Assembly: GCA_000092065.1 (NCBI GenBank)
Contig: CP000598.1
Reading direction: 5' to 3' (one strand)
From: Ostreococcus lucimarinus
Lineage: Eukaryota
Length of the DNA stretch: 64,000 nt
In this document: positions 31,358-41,423 of the stretch, piece by piece
Numbering within the stretch: the stretch's first letter is position 1
Layout: every line of letters begins with the position of its first letter
Notes under the pieces: generated by a model
The model's database searches: none
What the model was told of the DNA's origin: nothing
Seen by the model: the letters and a program-made list of their open reading frames with translations, nothing else
Translations under genes and position numbers: made by a program

Positions 31358-32602
31358 TCACTCTGGAAACAAGGTACGCGTTTTTCTTCTCCAGTGCTTC
31401 AAGATATCGGCAATTGTGTTTGTGATGTTTGGGTCAGGAATCCACCCCGTCAGCTCTCGTATTTTCCTATTATCTGACAAAAGTATCTTCTCATCGTAAA
31501 GCCGCTCACGTGCACCATCAAACAGCGTCGTGATGTCTGGTCTTGTTGACAGTGAAATCGCTGTGTCTAGGATGTCCTTCATTGAAAGTGCGATGCCACT
31601 ACCGATGTTGTACGACTCTCCAGGCTCTCCAAGGTCTACAAGTTTCGTTACCACTCGTGCAGAATCGCGGAGGTCAGTTATGTCCCTTTTTGTGGTAATG
31701 CGCCCATGTCTCACCACTGGGCTTTGCAATCCGAGCTCGATCATTGCTATCTGCCGACAAAACTCTTGAGGTGCGAGACTCTCAGTCCCACCCGCTGAAA
31801 CTTGGATAAAAAATCGAGCGGTGACGACGTGCATGCCGTGGCTGTGCACATATTGCTGAGCAAGTAGGTCTGCTGCAACCTTGCTTACTCCATAAGGAGA
31901 CACGGGCGCCAATGGTGCTTCTTCAGGTATGGCCCCTTCCCACGTATCAGCAGTTTTTCCATATTCTGTGCTTGAACCAGCCAGCAGAAAGCGCGTTTTG
32001 TTGGAGAGTCCTGCAAATCGCACTGCTTCTAGCATGTTGAAGGTGCCTTTGATGTTGGTATCTAAAGTCAGCTCAGCGGAGTCATATGAAACCCCGTTGA
32101 TTGCTTGTGCAGCAAAATGGAAAATAACTGTTGGGCAGATTTCTGCGACCACCTGTTTGACACGAGTTCCGTCCAGAATGTCTCCACGAACGAGCTGTAT
32201 GTTGTTCAATTCGCCTGCCAAATTTGACAGGTCAGATCGGTATCGCACAAGACCGTGAACCTCATACTTTCCTTCCTGTATCAACTGTTTCACAACGTAG
32301 CTGCCTATCATTCCAGACACACCTGTCACGAGAGCTCTTGGTCTTGCAGATAGAGCACTCAAGCAAGGCGTGTAATCTTTACTCTTTGCATTAAGATTTG
32401 TAGCAAAAGAGGATTCCTCACGGTACATATGAGTTTTTGAAGGTTGAACATTGTATCGTGAAGTAACCGGGCTTGAAAGTCCTGATTTGAATTGCACAGC
32501 CTGATATGACGGATGTAACACAACAGCTGCTAAAACAAACGATGAAACAGCCAATATTCGTGCAGTCTTTCCCAGCGTGTGCTTGAAGCGACTGTCGCGC
32601 AT
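31358..32602 (-). CDS. NAD(P)-dependent nucleotide-sugar dehydratase/reductase of the extended SDR family (GDP-mannose 4,6-dehydratase/RMD-like), with an N-terminal membrane anchor
   Basis: 'LVTGVSGMIGSYVV' is a Rossmann GxxGxxG. 'YEVHGLVRYRS' resembles the GMD motif 'YEVHGIVRRSS'. 'GSSTEYG' and the 'YGVSK' YxxxK catalytic pair are present. Confidence 0.65.
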   Translation of the reverse strand: MRDSRFKHTLGKTARILAVSSFVLAAVVLHPSYQAVQFKSGLSSPVTSRYNVQPSKTHMYREESSFATNLNAKSKDYTPCLSALSARPRALVTGVSGMIGSYVVKQLIQEGKYEVHGLVRYRSDLSNLAGELNNIQLVRGDILDGTRVKQVVAEICPTVIFHFAAQAINGVSYDSAELTLDTNIKGTFNMLEAVRFAGLSNKTRFLLAGSSTEYGKTADTWEGAIPEEAPLAPVSPYGVSKVAADLLAQQYVHSHGMHVVTARFFIQVSAGGTESLAPQEFCRQIAMIELGLQSPVVRHGRITTKRDITDLRDSARVVTKLVDLGEPGESYNIGSGIALSMKDILDTAISLSTRPDITTLFDGARERLYDEKILLSDNRKIRELTGWIPDPNITNTIADILKHWRRKTRTLFPE

Positions 32603-33083
32603 AGATAGCTGTCCTTAGCAAGTGATGACTATGTTATACTTCGAAGGTGTGCGGGACAAAATTCGCGACTGCCCTTGAGCGGCACGGAATGAGTTCAACA
32701 AGTGAGGCGCGCTGGCAGGGCGACGGCGCGCGTATACGTGTCGCGTCTCTTCATTTGCCATCATTTTTTATGTACAGTACAAGGGGGCTAGTAGTACTTT
32801 AGTAAAGTAATTGTACTAATTGTAGTCATGATTGGTCGTTGTGCAGCATTGAGTCATGATTCGTCGTTTTACCCCTCCCAAACGTTGGCGGTATTTAGCC
32901 AGATCCGAATGTACACAGTCAGACGGTCGCTCTTGGGTCATGACTTGTCAAATGGGCTCAAAAACTCGCCCCGGCCGTGATCACCACAATGCCCTGACGC
33001 TCACTTTTTCGCTCAAAACGCTATCCTATGCCAAACGATGCCCGCACAACGGAGGACGCAGTCAAACGACTACAAACACTAGC

Positions 33084-34277
33084 ATGGCGTCCGTAGCGTC
33101 CGTTATCGCCGCCAAGCGCGCTGGCTTCATCGGTATGGGTCGTCTGGGATTGTGTACCGCCCTCAAGTTTGAGCAAGCGGGTTGGGATGTCTGTGGGTCT
33201 GACGTCTTTCCGTCGTACGTTGAAAGTATCAACGACAAGAGTCTTCGAAGCAAAGAGCCCGGAGTCGAAGAGGCTTTGCGAAAGAGCACGCGTTTGCGAG
33301 CGACTCTGAATCTCCTTGATGTCCTAGAGCATGCCGATATCGTTTTCATTCTCGTCGCGACTCCAACCAGCGCGGGCGAAGAGGCCTACGACACGACAAC
33401 TCTGAGCAGGGTCTTGAGTGATATCGCTAAATTAAGGCCGACAAACAAACACATCGTGATTTGCTGCACAGTGTTGCCTGGTTACATCTCGAACATCGGT
33501 AGTTACCTTATCGAAAGTTGCACTGGATGTAGTTTGAGTTACAATCCAGAGTTCATCGCCCAGGGTGAGATCATGAAGGGCCTCAGTGAACCCGACGTGG
33601 TGCTCATAGGGGAAGGAAGCGAAGAAGCCGGTGATATTCTACAGTTTTTATACGAGACCGCGACGTCCAATGAGCCTCGGATCTGTCGCATGTCTCCGCA
33701 AAGCGCTGAGATAATGAAACTAAGCGTAAACTGCTTTGTTACCACGAAGATCAGCTTCGCCAATATGATTGGTGACATTGCTGACGCGACGCCTGGTGCA
33801 GACAAATTCGACATCCTTAGAGCCGTTGGTCAGGATACACGTGTCGGCCACCGGTGCATCCTTCCAGGTTACGGCTTCGGAGGTCCTTGCTTTCCACGTG
33901 ATAATAGAGCACTCGGAATGTACGCACGCAAGGTTGGAATCACTCCTTCAATTTGCGACGCGACGGATGAATACAACCGACTTCACGCGGACGCCATGGT
34001 AAAGGCTCTTTTGGAACAAAAACTAGAGCATTATACCATCAGTGATGTTGCTTACAAGCCACAGTGTCCGGTGGATATTATTGAAGAGTCGCAACCACTC
34101 GAAGTGGCCAAGAGACTTGTTCAAGCAGGCAAGCGAGTCGTTATACGCGATCGACCCGCCATCATCGAGCTCGTACGCCGCGCTTACGGGCGTATGTTTA
34201 CCTACGGAGCATACAAAGTACCTAACGAAGAACCAAATACTTCTGCTGGCAACCCGTTATCAAGCTACGCGAGGTAA
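33084..34277 (+). CDS. UDP-glucose 6-dehydrogenase-family nucleotide-sugar dehydrogenase
   Basis: 'GFIGMGRLGL' is the NAD-binding GxGxxG. 'GYGFGGPCFPRDNRALG' is the catalytic Cys motif (canonical GFGGSCFPKD). The three-domain layout matches the UDPG_MGDP_dh family. The track ORF starts at 32856, but the first in-frame Met before the Rossmann fold is at 33084. Confidence 0.8.
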   Translation: MASVASVIAAKRAGFIGMGRLGLCTALKFEQAGWDVCGSDVFPSYVESINDKSLRSKEPGVEEALRKSTRLRATLNLLDVLEHADIVFILVATPTSAGEEAYDTTTLSRVLSDIAKLRPTNKHIVICCTVLPGYISNIGSYLIESCTGCSLSYNPEFIAQGEIMKGLSEPDVVLIGEGSEEAGDILQFLYETATSNEPRICRMSPQSAEIMKLSVNCFVTTKISFANMIGDIADATPGADKFDILRAVGQDTRVGHRCILPGYGFGGPCFPRDNRALGMYARKVGITPSICDATDEYNRLHADAMVKALLEQKLEHYTISDVAYKPQCPVDIIEESQPLEVAKRLVQAGKRVVIRDRPAIIELVRRAYGRMFTYGAYKVPNEEPNTSAGNPLSSYAR

Positions 34278-34446
34278 GCTCAACCATGTTCACGTTTCAA
34301 CGCTGTCACCAACTCACCGCGTGTCTGATGCGCTGGTGGCCAGATCTTTTGATTTAATATCTATCCATGATATAATCACAGATCTTTCACATCTTAGCCA
34401 CCGTGCTCGTCGTTTCCTCGGATCTCGCACGAAGTTGAGATAAATT

Positions 34447-34686
34447 TCATGTATAAATTACTCACCCTAATATCATACTGCATACACTTTAAGTGCGTCG
34501 ATAAAGAGCTTTGAGGTCGTGACAACGGCTGGAATCTACGAACCTGTTTCACGCATCAAAGTCCACCATGCTTTGAACCCTGCGGTTTGTGGCGCGTGAT
34601 GAGCAAGTAGCAAGTGCCACCCAAACCTGCGTTCTATGGTGCGCACGAGAGCATCCGGCATAGCCGCGAACCACGGCTCTTTTTTG
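34447..34686. repeat. dispersed repeat family B, copy 1 (a longer copy lies at 39543..40078)
   Basis: 'catgtataaattactcaccc...ctgcatacactttaagtgcgtcgataaagagctttga...gaaccacggctc' has high identity to 39590-39620 plus 39860-40078. The start motif 'ccttcgggggtaacctaggcgag' is also found at 25876. Confidence 0.6.
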
Positions 34687-34976
34687 TATGTGTACGATGT
34701 ATATGATTTGTATGTGTATGATTTGTTCGGGCGTTTTTTCCTTCGACTAATTTTGTCATCATCATCGAAACGGAACGTTTAATTCGAGCTCTCCACATTT
34801 TAGGGCTAATTTTGGGAAAAGTGTGACTGTCCATGTATAGACACAACACCAAACTCGATTAAAAAGCTCCTCAAAAAATGTGCGGGAATTGTCTCGAGTG
34901 TGTGGCGCTTGCGATTGTGGCACGCGTTGAAGCGACTCGCGGTACGGCACGTACGTAGTCTTGAACACGAATATAT

Positions 34977-36575
34977 GTGAATACGATTCACGTTCGAACG
35001 CTCTTGGAGTTGCGCTTCGACATGCTACTGAAAGTAGCTTGCGATTCCGGTACTATGGCTCGCCGAACGGTCATTCTGTTTGCGGTTGTGGCCGTGTTGC
35101 TTTGGAGACTGTTCTTGTTCGATATTGGTGACAGCAGATTTAAAAGTATCACACCACATCCATCACCGGAGCAAAGACGACAACAAAATCACCGAGCAAG
35201 ATTTTTAGAGCTCACACATAACGAAACCTACAAAACCGCAAATGTCGAAGAGAGGAACGATGAACATTTCAAGATGGAACGATATGAAGAATCACCTGCA
35301 AGATTACAAGCGTCAGCTAATTTGGATACACAGAGCACCCGCGTCTTGGTTTTAAGTTGGCATGGTGGTACCGCGAAAGACACAGCGATGCAACTTCATA
35401 ACGCTGGAGTTCGTCGCGAAAATATCGTGTGTGGAGGCATTATTTGGTACGAGAAAGTCCTCGATTCTGCTCCTTGCGTAAGAGATCATGCATTATCTGA
35501 GGCTTTGAATCGATTGACACAGCGTGTAAGAGGTTTTCCCATGGCTATCGATCCAGCAGACGAGAAATGGTTGGATGATTTCGCAGCTGAGGCTAGCGAG
35601 ATGCTATCTACGTTCCATGTGCTCTGGGCGGACTTTCCTACCGCCCTTTGTCTTCTATTAAACAAGATTGCCCCACATAAATTGATAGTACGCACAACGC
35701 ATCGTTTTGATCACCAGGTGGCTCATTCGAAGATAAATCACACGTCATTTGTACGTAAAAGCCTCATGCGCGTTCTACGCGAGGCGCCAATACTTCTTGC
35801 TGGGAGCGAGTACGATCGGGCATACATGAAGTTCTACACATGTCGTGAACCTGAACGTCTATTCATAACATGGCCAACACAGTATTTGGAGAGTTTGGGC
35901 GCATCGCGTACACTTACGAACGAGTCATGCTTCATCTTGTGGGGGGGGTCGAACAACGAAGGTAGTTCAAGCATATCGATTACATTTGATAGAATACGAG
36001 TCCTCGGGCGCACTATGGAGTCACAAGTTCCCATGAAAAGTCGCCCAACGAGTTTTGCTCACGCTTCGGAATTTGCAACAGAGCAAGCCGTAGTATATTT
36101 CCCATACAGTATGCCGAGTTCCGCATTTCATGAACTTTACGCGAGTGGTGTCCCCCTTTTCGTGCCATCGTTGACTTTCATGCTCGATGAGTTTTCAAAA
36201 AACCGTGGCTATCCTCACAAAGTAGCTGGTAATGTCCCTTGTGCTTCACCATCTTTTTACGAAAACGCTGAGGCAGTGGAGTTCTGCTGTCTTGACGATA
36301 CTGGGGTATGTCATGATCCAAATTCATGCGATCCTGAAGCGCTGAAACAATGGGTATCATTAGGTGACCTTTACACCACCCCGCATGTGACGTATTTCGA
36401 CAGTGCCGAGCATGCTGTGGAACTCATGAGCAACTGGATGAAGCATCCAGACCAACGGGATCGAACGATCGAGGACATGGAGTCACACAACGTTGCTAAC
36501 CTTCGATGGAATGCTCGTGTCGTTCAAGCCGCAATTCGTCATGTCAAACAAAGCAGCGCGCTTGAACTGGATTGA
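34977..36575 (+). CDS. putative type II membrane glycosyltransferase (GT-B-like C-terminus)
   Basis: 'RRTVILFAVVAVLLWRLFLF' is a signal anchor. The C-terminal 'VVYFPYSMPSSAFHELYASGVPLFVPS' resembles the GT1/GT4 donor-binding E...G.P motif. The last roughly 47 codons are duplicated at 40078..40213. Confidence 0.4.
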   Translation: MNTIHVRTLLELRFDMLLKVACDSGTMARRTVILFAVVAVLLWRLFLFDIGDSRFKSITPHPSPEQRRQQNHRARFLELTHNETYKTANVEERNDEHFKMERYEESPARLQASANLDTQSTRVLVLSWHGGTAKDTAMQLHNAGVRRENIVCGGIIWYEKVLDSAPCVRDHALSEALNRLTQRVRGFPMAIDPADEKWLDDFAAEASEMLSTFHVLWADFPTALCLLLNKIAPHKLIVRTTHRFDHQVAHSKINHTSFVRKSLMRVLREAPILLAGSEYDRAYMKFYTCREPERLFITWPTQYLESLGASRTLTNESCFILWGGSNNEGSSSISITFDRIRVLGRTMESQVPMKSRPTSFAHASEFATEQAVVYFPYSMPSSAFHELYASGVPLFVPSLTFMLDEFSKNRGYPHKVAGNVPCASPSFYENAEAVEFCCLDDTGVCHDPNSCDPEALKQWVSLGDLYTTPHVTYFDSAEHAVELMSNWMKHPDQRDRTIEDMESHNVANLRWNARVVQAAIRHVKQSSALELD

Positions 36576-36800
36576 AAATGCTGGTCGATACAAAGAAGCT
36601 GTGGGGGCGATACTTTGGACATCGTATTCAATATCTTACTTGGCGTACCTCGCCATGTAGAGTCTCACGCCTAGCGTATGTACGCGAAGTGAAAATAGAT
36701 TTGAGTTTTCATTTAGTGTAACTCGATAGCGGGTTTTCCATGGTGGTGTTCGGGATGGGCGCTACTCCCCCTGCCGTAGTATCGCATATTTCGTAATCGA
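36436..36800. repeat. segmental duplication unit (second copy at 40078..40440)
   Basis: A roughly 365-bp near-identical copy covering the 3' end of the 34977..36575 CDS and its downstream sequence. Confidence 0.85.
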
Positions 36801-37431
36801 ACAACTGCCCGTACGTTCCTCGCACTAAGTGAACAATCGCCACCCGGTCGAAAACTGTCACTTTCTTCCCCCGTCGCACGAGTCGTTTCGCGATTTCGAG
36901 CAGCTGGGACTCTTCGATGATATCCACAGGACAATTCGATTCATATGCGACGTAGGATACCTTACACCTATCGAGATCTAGCCAGGTAACACCGTGCCTC
37001 AAATCATCAAGTGTTTGTTCTCGGGGTTCAAGTCGCTAATATCACTCAAAAAACCGACTGAGCGCGCTTGTGTCGTACGCTTGATCTCCAGAGTCAGTGG
37101 GCGTGGCGACGAGGATGAAGACCATATCGACGCGATCGATCACTTCACGCAGCTTTAAAGTTGCGCGCAGATGTTTGCTCGATCGAAGCGCTTCCTCGAC
37201 TCTTGGCTCAGTCAAACGAAGCGTGATTTCGTTGATGCTGTCCACGTGCGCCGGAAAGACATCCGAACCAACGATATCCCAATCAGCTTGTTCACACTTG
37301 AGAGCCGTACATAGTCCGAGTCGGCCCAGACCGACGAATCTGGCGCGCGTTGTTTGCAAGATCGATCGAGTGGTAGCCATCTTCGCTCTGCGACGTTGCA
37401 ACGTCAGAGACGGCGACTGGCCCAAGATCAC
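36709..37431 (-). pseudogene. UDP-glucose 6-dehydrogenase paralog, internally deleted (N- and C-terminal fragments only)
   Basis: The 129-aa ORF 'ARFVGLGRLGLCTALKCEQADWDIVGSDVFPAHVDSINEITLRL...FILVATPTDSGDQAYDTSALSRFF' aligns to the N-terminus of the 33084 gene. The 97-aa ORF '...CPVDIIEESQLLEIAKRLVRRGKKVTVFDRVAIVHLVRGTYGQLFDYE...NPLSSYTK' aligns to its C-terminus. The central catalytic domain is missing. Confidence 0.7.
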
Positions 37432-37652
37432 TCCACTCTCTTAAAGCATGTCTCTTTCTGGACTTTATTATCCCTGGTACTTTGTTAGGTATATGTCGTA
37501 GGAACGCAACCGCGGACCACAGCCTCGGTGTTGACTCACCACTGCTTTCCTCTGCGTCGAAACTACCGCAACAACGCTCTTGACACGCGCACTAACATTA
37601 AGTACACCGGTCGTGAGCGACGCCATGCGCGAGTCGAATGAGTTCGTGAAAA

Positions 37653-38298
37653 CGTTTTACGATGATCGCCCTTGTAACATTCGGCTCGAAGGAATACTTT
37701 GAAGAAGTGACGCGGCGTAAATATTTCGTCGAGAACCACACTTTGGCATTCGCAAGTCTCGACGCGTACGAAAACAATCTGTTCTCGAGGTTGGTTGCGG
37801 TATAGGGACCGCGACACAAAGTTTTACTGAAGCTGGCGCGGTTTACACAGGCATCGACGTTTCCTTGCGAAGTGTAGAACTCGCTGAGAAGCGACTCAAA
37901 CTGTTCAAACTCAATGGTGAGGTGCGCGTTGCAGATATACAGACCGATGAATTCATGCACGACCATTTTGATCCTCTTTTTAGTTTCGGAGTTCTGCATC
38001 ACATCGCCGATGTACAACCCGCCGTGAAGGATATTTCATGACTCTCAAACCGGGAGGCGAGTGCAAGCTGATGATGTACGCAAATAATTCTTGGAAAAAA
38101 ACTTGGAAAAAGACTTTCGTCGACTCGGGATTGGACCAATTTGAACCACAATCTGGAGTTCCAATCACTCACACTTACAAAGCCAGTGTCGTGCAATCAT
38201 CAAGCTCGTTTGTGAAATCAAACTCGAGCGATCGTCGTCGACCGTCCGCGCTCGCCGAAGGGTGCGGGCGCAACGCAGGTGAGAATTCGCCCCAGTAG
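37653..38298 (+). pseudogene. class I SAM-dependent methyltransferase with at least two frameshifts
   Basis: Frame 1 reads 'MIALVTFGSKEYFEEVTRRKYFVENHTLAFASLDAYENNLFSRLVAV*'. Frame 3 reads 'VLEVGCGIGTATQSFTEAGAVYTGIDVS...DPLFSFGVLHHIADVQPAVKDIS*' (motifs I, post-I and II). A third frame gives 'LKPGGECKLMMYAN' (motif III). The frame changes are near 37790 and near 38037. Confidence 0.55.
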
Positions 38299-39364
38299 GC
38301 GCTCAAGTCGTTATTCGAGTACCAACGCACGGTTTCCGCGAGACCGACGTCCCAGGACTTTTCTTGTCGCCATCCGAGCGCTAAAAGCTTTGAGCAATCG
38401 ATGAAATATCTTCGGTCGTTGAAGGCTCGATCGCTCACGTGCTCGATGGTCGTTTCCGGGTCGCGATCGAGGAGCTTACAGACATCCCGAGCGACGGACA
38501 AGATCGTCCGCTCTTCGCGCGAGCCGATGTTATAAATCTGCGCCGTCGTCCCGCGGTGGAGAATGACATCGAACGCCGAAGACGCATCGTCAACGTGCAT
38601 GTACGAACGCGTCGCGTCGCCGTCGCCGTGTATCGAAATCTTTTCCCCGCGTTTCGCGAGGATTGAAAACTTTGGAATCGCCTTCTCTGGATACTGATTC
38701 GGCCCATACACGTTGTTTCCGCGAGTGATGATGTACGGTAGTCCGTACGAGCGTCCATACGCCATGACGAGCATCTCCGCGCCCGCCTTGGTCGCGGCGT
38801 ACGGGTTGGTGGGCGTCAGGAGCGACGCGTGCTCGGTGTTTGAATCCATGAGATTTTCCCCGTATACCTCATCCGTGGACACGTGCAGGAATCGTCGAAT
38901 TTCGGTCTTCTGCGCTCGCACGCACGCCTCGAGTAACGCGTGCGTGCCCTCGATGTTATTCTTCGTGAACTCGTACGAGTTCCCGAAAGAGTTGTCCACG
39001 TGACTCTGCGCGGCGAAGTGCATGACGGTGTCGATGCGCTCGCTTTGCAAGACGTAACTCAATAAATCGAACGAACGCACATCGCCCTTGACGAACCGCA
39101 CGTTCGCGCATTCTTTCGCGCGCTCGAGATTTTTCAAGCTCGAGCAATAGTCGAGCTTGTCCAGGATGACAATCTGTCGAGCGCGACGAGTCGTTCGCGG
39201 TCAGTCGTTCGCGCGAGAGATGGGTGCAAAGTCCGTGCGTTGTTCGACGCACGCGCACGGGGTCGAAATCGTGCGCGCACCGTGTACTCGGGATGCCTCG
39301 ACGCGAGGCGCTCGGCGACGTGCGAGCCGATGAAGCCGGCGCCACCGGTGAGAAGGATGCGCAT
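38175..39364 (-). CDS. UDP-/dTDP-glucose 4,6-dehydratase (RmlB/RHM-type), two exons: 39281..39364 and 38175..39173
   Basis: Exon 1 is 'MRILLTGGAGFIGSHVAERLASRHPEYT' (GxxGxxG). Exon 2 is 'IVILDKLDYCSSLKNL...HFAAQSHVDNSF...YAATKAGAEMLVMAY...NVYGPNQYPEKAIPKF', the hallmark of 4,6-dehydratases. Splicing restores the conserved '(Y/H)PEY-x-IVxLDKLDY' junction. Confidence 0.8.
39174..39280 (-). other. spliceosomal intron (phase 0, GT..AG, 107 nt) of the 4,6-dehydratase gene
   Basis: On the minus strand the intron begins GTGCGCGCAC and ends ...CTCGACAG. Removing it joins 'HPEYT' in frame to 'IVILDKLDYCSS'. Confidence 0.7.
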
Positions 39365-39542
39365 GCGGGCGGACGGGCGTCTCGGTCGAGCGCGTCTAGA
39401 TTTTCGCAGATTATCTCGACGACATGCTCGCGAATACCGCGCGCGCCTCGAGGGCGTTCGCGAGTGCTGCGCGCGATGTCCACGCGACGCCGCGCCTTTT
39501 GACGCCACTCGCACCGGCGCGCAGAAAACGAACGGCGGTTCG

Positions 39543-40078
39543 GCGGGGCGCGAAAGTGATTACTCCTTCGGGGGTAACCTAGGCGAGCTTCCCGTATTCA
39601 TGTACAAATTACTCACCCATATATCATACCTGGTATTGATCCGACACGCGTCAGAGATAACGGGGAGAATAAAACCACAGAAATTCATGTACACGCGGCA
39701 CTTCGACAAAGTCTTTCGATCGTTAAAGCACTGGTGACCCCTCTACCCTCCACGTTCTGTCAGAGGCTAGTTCTGTGAGTCTCTCAGTCTGTATTCTTTT
39801 ACACCGAAGGTCGCTCCGAGGACGAAACTATCTTGTGTTTATTTTTGGATCTGGTCTACTGCATACACTTTAAGTGCGCCGATAAAGAGCTTTGACTTCG
39901 TGACAACGGCTGTCATCTACGAACCTGTTTCACGCATCAAAGTCCACCATGCTTTGAATCCTGTGGCTTGTGGCACGTGATGAGCAAGTGCCACCCGAAC
40001 CTGCGTTCTATGGTGCGCACGAGAGCGTCCGCACGAGAGCATCCGGCATGGCCGCGAACCACGGCTCTTTTCTGGATG
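39543..40078. repeat. dispersed repeat family B, copy 2 (longer)
   Basis: It starts 'ccttcgggggtaacctaggcgag', as at 25876, and contains 'catgtacaaattactcaccc' and 'ctgcatacactttaagtgcgccgataaagagctttga...gaaccacggctc', matching 34447..34686. Confidence 0.6.
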
Positions 40079-40213
40079 AAGCATCCAGACCAACGGGATC
40101 GAACGATCGAGGACATGGAGTCACACAACGTCGCTAACCTTCGATGGAATGTTCGTGTCGTTCAAGCCGCAATTCGTCACGTCAAACAAAGCAGCGCGCT
40201 TGAACTGGATTGA
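39968..40213 (+). pseudogene. duplicated 3' gene fragment (C-terminal 47 codons of the 34977..36575 glycosyltransferase)
   Basis: The 81-aa ORF ends 'WMKHPDQRDRTIEDMESHNVANLRWNVRVVQAAIRHVKQSSALELD', which differs by 1 aa from the C-terminus of the 532-aa protein. The sequence upstream of it is repeat B. Confidence 0.7.
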
Positions 40214-40440
40214 AAATGCTGGTCGATACAAAGAAGCTGTGGGGACGATACTTTGGACATCGTATTCAATATCTTACTTAGCGTACCTCGCCGTGTAGAG
40301 TCTCACGCCTAGCGTACGTACGCGAAGTGAAAATAGATTTGAGTTTTCATTTAGTGTAACTCGATAGCGGGTTTCCCATGGTGGTGTTCGGGATGGGCGC
40401 TACTCCCCCTGCCGTAGCATCGCATATTTCGTAATCGAAA
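40078..40440. repeat. segmental duplication unit (copy of 36436..36800)
   Basis: Near-identical over about 363 bp. Identity stops at 'cgtaatcgaa' in both copies. Confidence 0.85.
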
Positions 40441-40450
40441 AGTTAACGTG

Positions 40451-40533
40451 CCCATCGAGTACTAATCAATGATAGCTACTTGTAATCATCATCACTTATT
40501 GACGCAGGCCCGATTGATCGCATAGTATTAGGT
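40451..40533 (+). mobile_element. truncated, degenerate LTR fragment of the copia-like family
   Basis: 'actaatcaatgatagctacttgtaatcatcatcacttattgacgcaggcccgattgatcgcatagtattaggtatagctcgca' matches the 3' half of the LTR at 55885..56059 in reverse orientation. Confidence 0.45.
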
Positions 40534-41006
40534 ATAGCTCGCATTTCGAAAATAATGTATGAGGGTAAAATAATGAATTTAATTAACGTCGACGTTTGTC
40601 GCGCCGTCGCGCGCCACTTCGCGCCGCGCGCGCGTCCGGGCGGCGCGGAGTCAACCGATGTTTCCGCGTATCGTGATATCCGACCGTTTAAGTTTGAATT
40701 CTGTGCGTGGGTGTTGACGGAACACGACCGTTGGAGCTCGATGGGCACGTTAACTTTTGGGCCAGATTCTGTCGCGTATGACGCACCCTCGCGCGCGCCG
40801 AAGCGCGTCTCCGACCGTGTCGACGGCACGGAAAGGTTGTAAGAAGGCTTCTCAGCGATCTTCAGCCTCGCTGGGAGGAGCAGAGGCAACGACGGCTCCC
40901 GCTTGCGACGACGAAGACTGGCGCGCTCAAGTGGCCAAAGATGCTCGTGAGGTTGCCGTTTCTTTGCTCGCGAACAAACGTCGCCGGGAGGTTTCTGTTT
41001 CTGATA

Positions 41007-41210
41007 CTATACTATACTTAGGGCTAGCTCATTCAGGCGATGTGAAACGTCCGTGACGACGCGCTCATACGTAAATTCTTGCATGAATGCGCGAGCATTT
41101 GCTGTGATTTCACGCAACCTCGTTAGCGATTCGCCATCGGTGTTCGCCACAATCTTCGTTTTCTCAGCCAAATCGTGCAAATCTTCGGATATTCCGATGA
41201 AGTGTATCAC
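41007..41210 (-). pseudogene. C-terminal fragment of a GT90 (CAP10/POGLUT-like) glycosyltransferase paralog
   Basis: 'HFIGISEDLHDLAEKTKIVANTDGESLTRLREITANARAFMQEFTYERVVTDVSHRLNELALSIV' is about 90% identical to the C-terminus of the 48623..49828 protein. No upstream catalytic region is present. Confidence 0.7.
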
Positions 41211-41423
41211 ATCTACTAGCTTGTCGCTGTAAGTGATCGATTTCTAAAAAAGTTGCACGAGGTAAAAACACCCCGGCGGAGTCCTCACCCTTTACCCATA
41301 CTCTTGAGTCATGAACGGCCAAAACCGAGCTAAATTTAGCGAAGCCCGGGCGAACCACGATTCATTCCTCCGTGAAGGACGTCCGCGTGCCCGAAGATTC
41401 CGACGCCAGCATACATCGCGGAG

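Noticed and set aside
32856-33083. N-terminal extension of the UDP-glucose dehydrogenase ORF ('MIRRFTPPKRWRYLARSECTQSDGRSW...')
   Set aside because: It is not conserved-looking. The Rossmann fold begins right after the Met at 33084, which is taken as the start.
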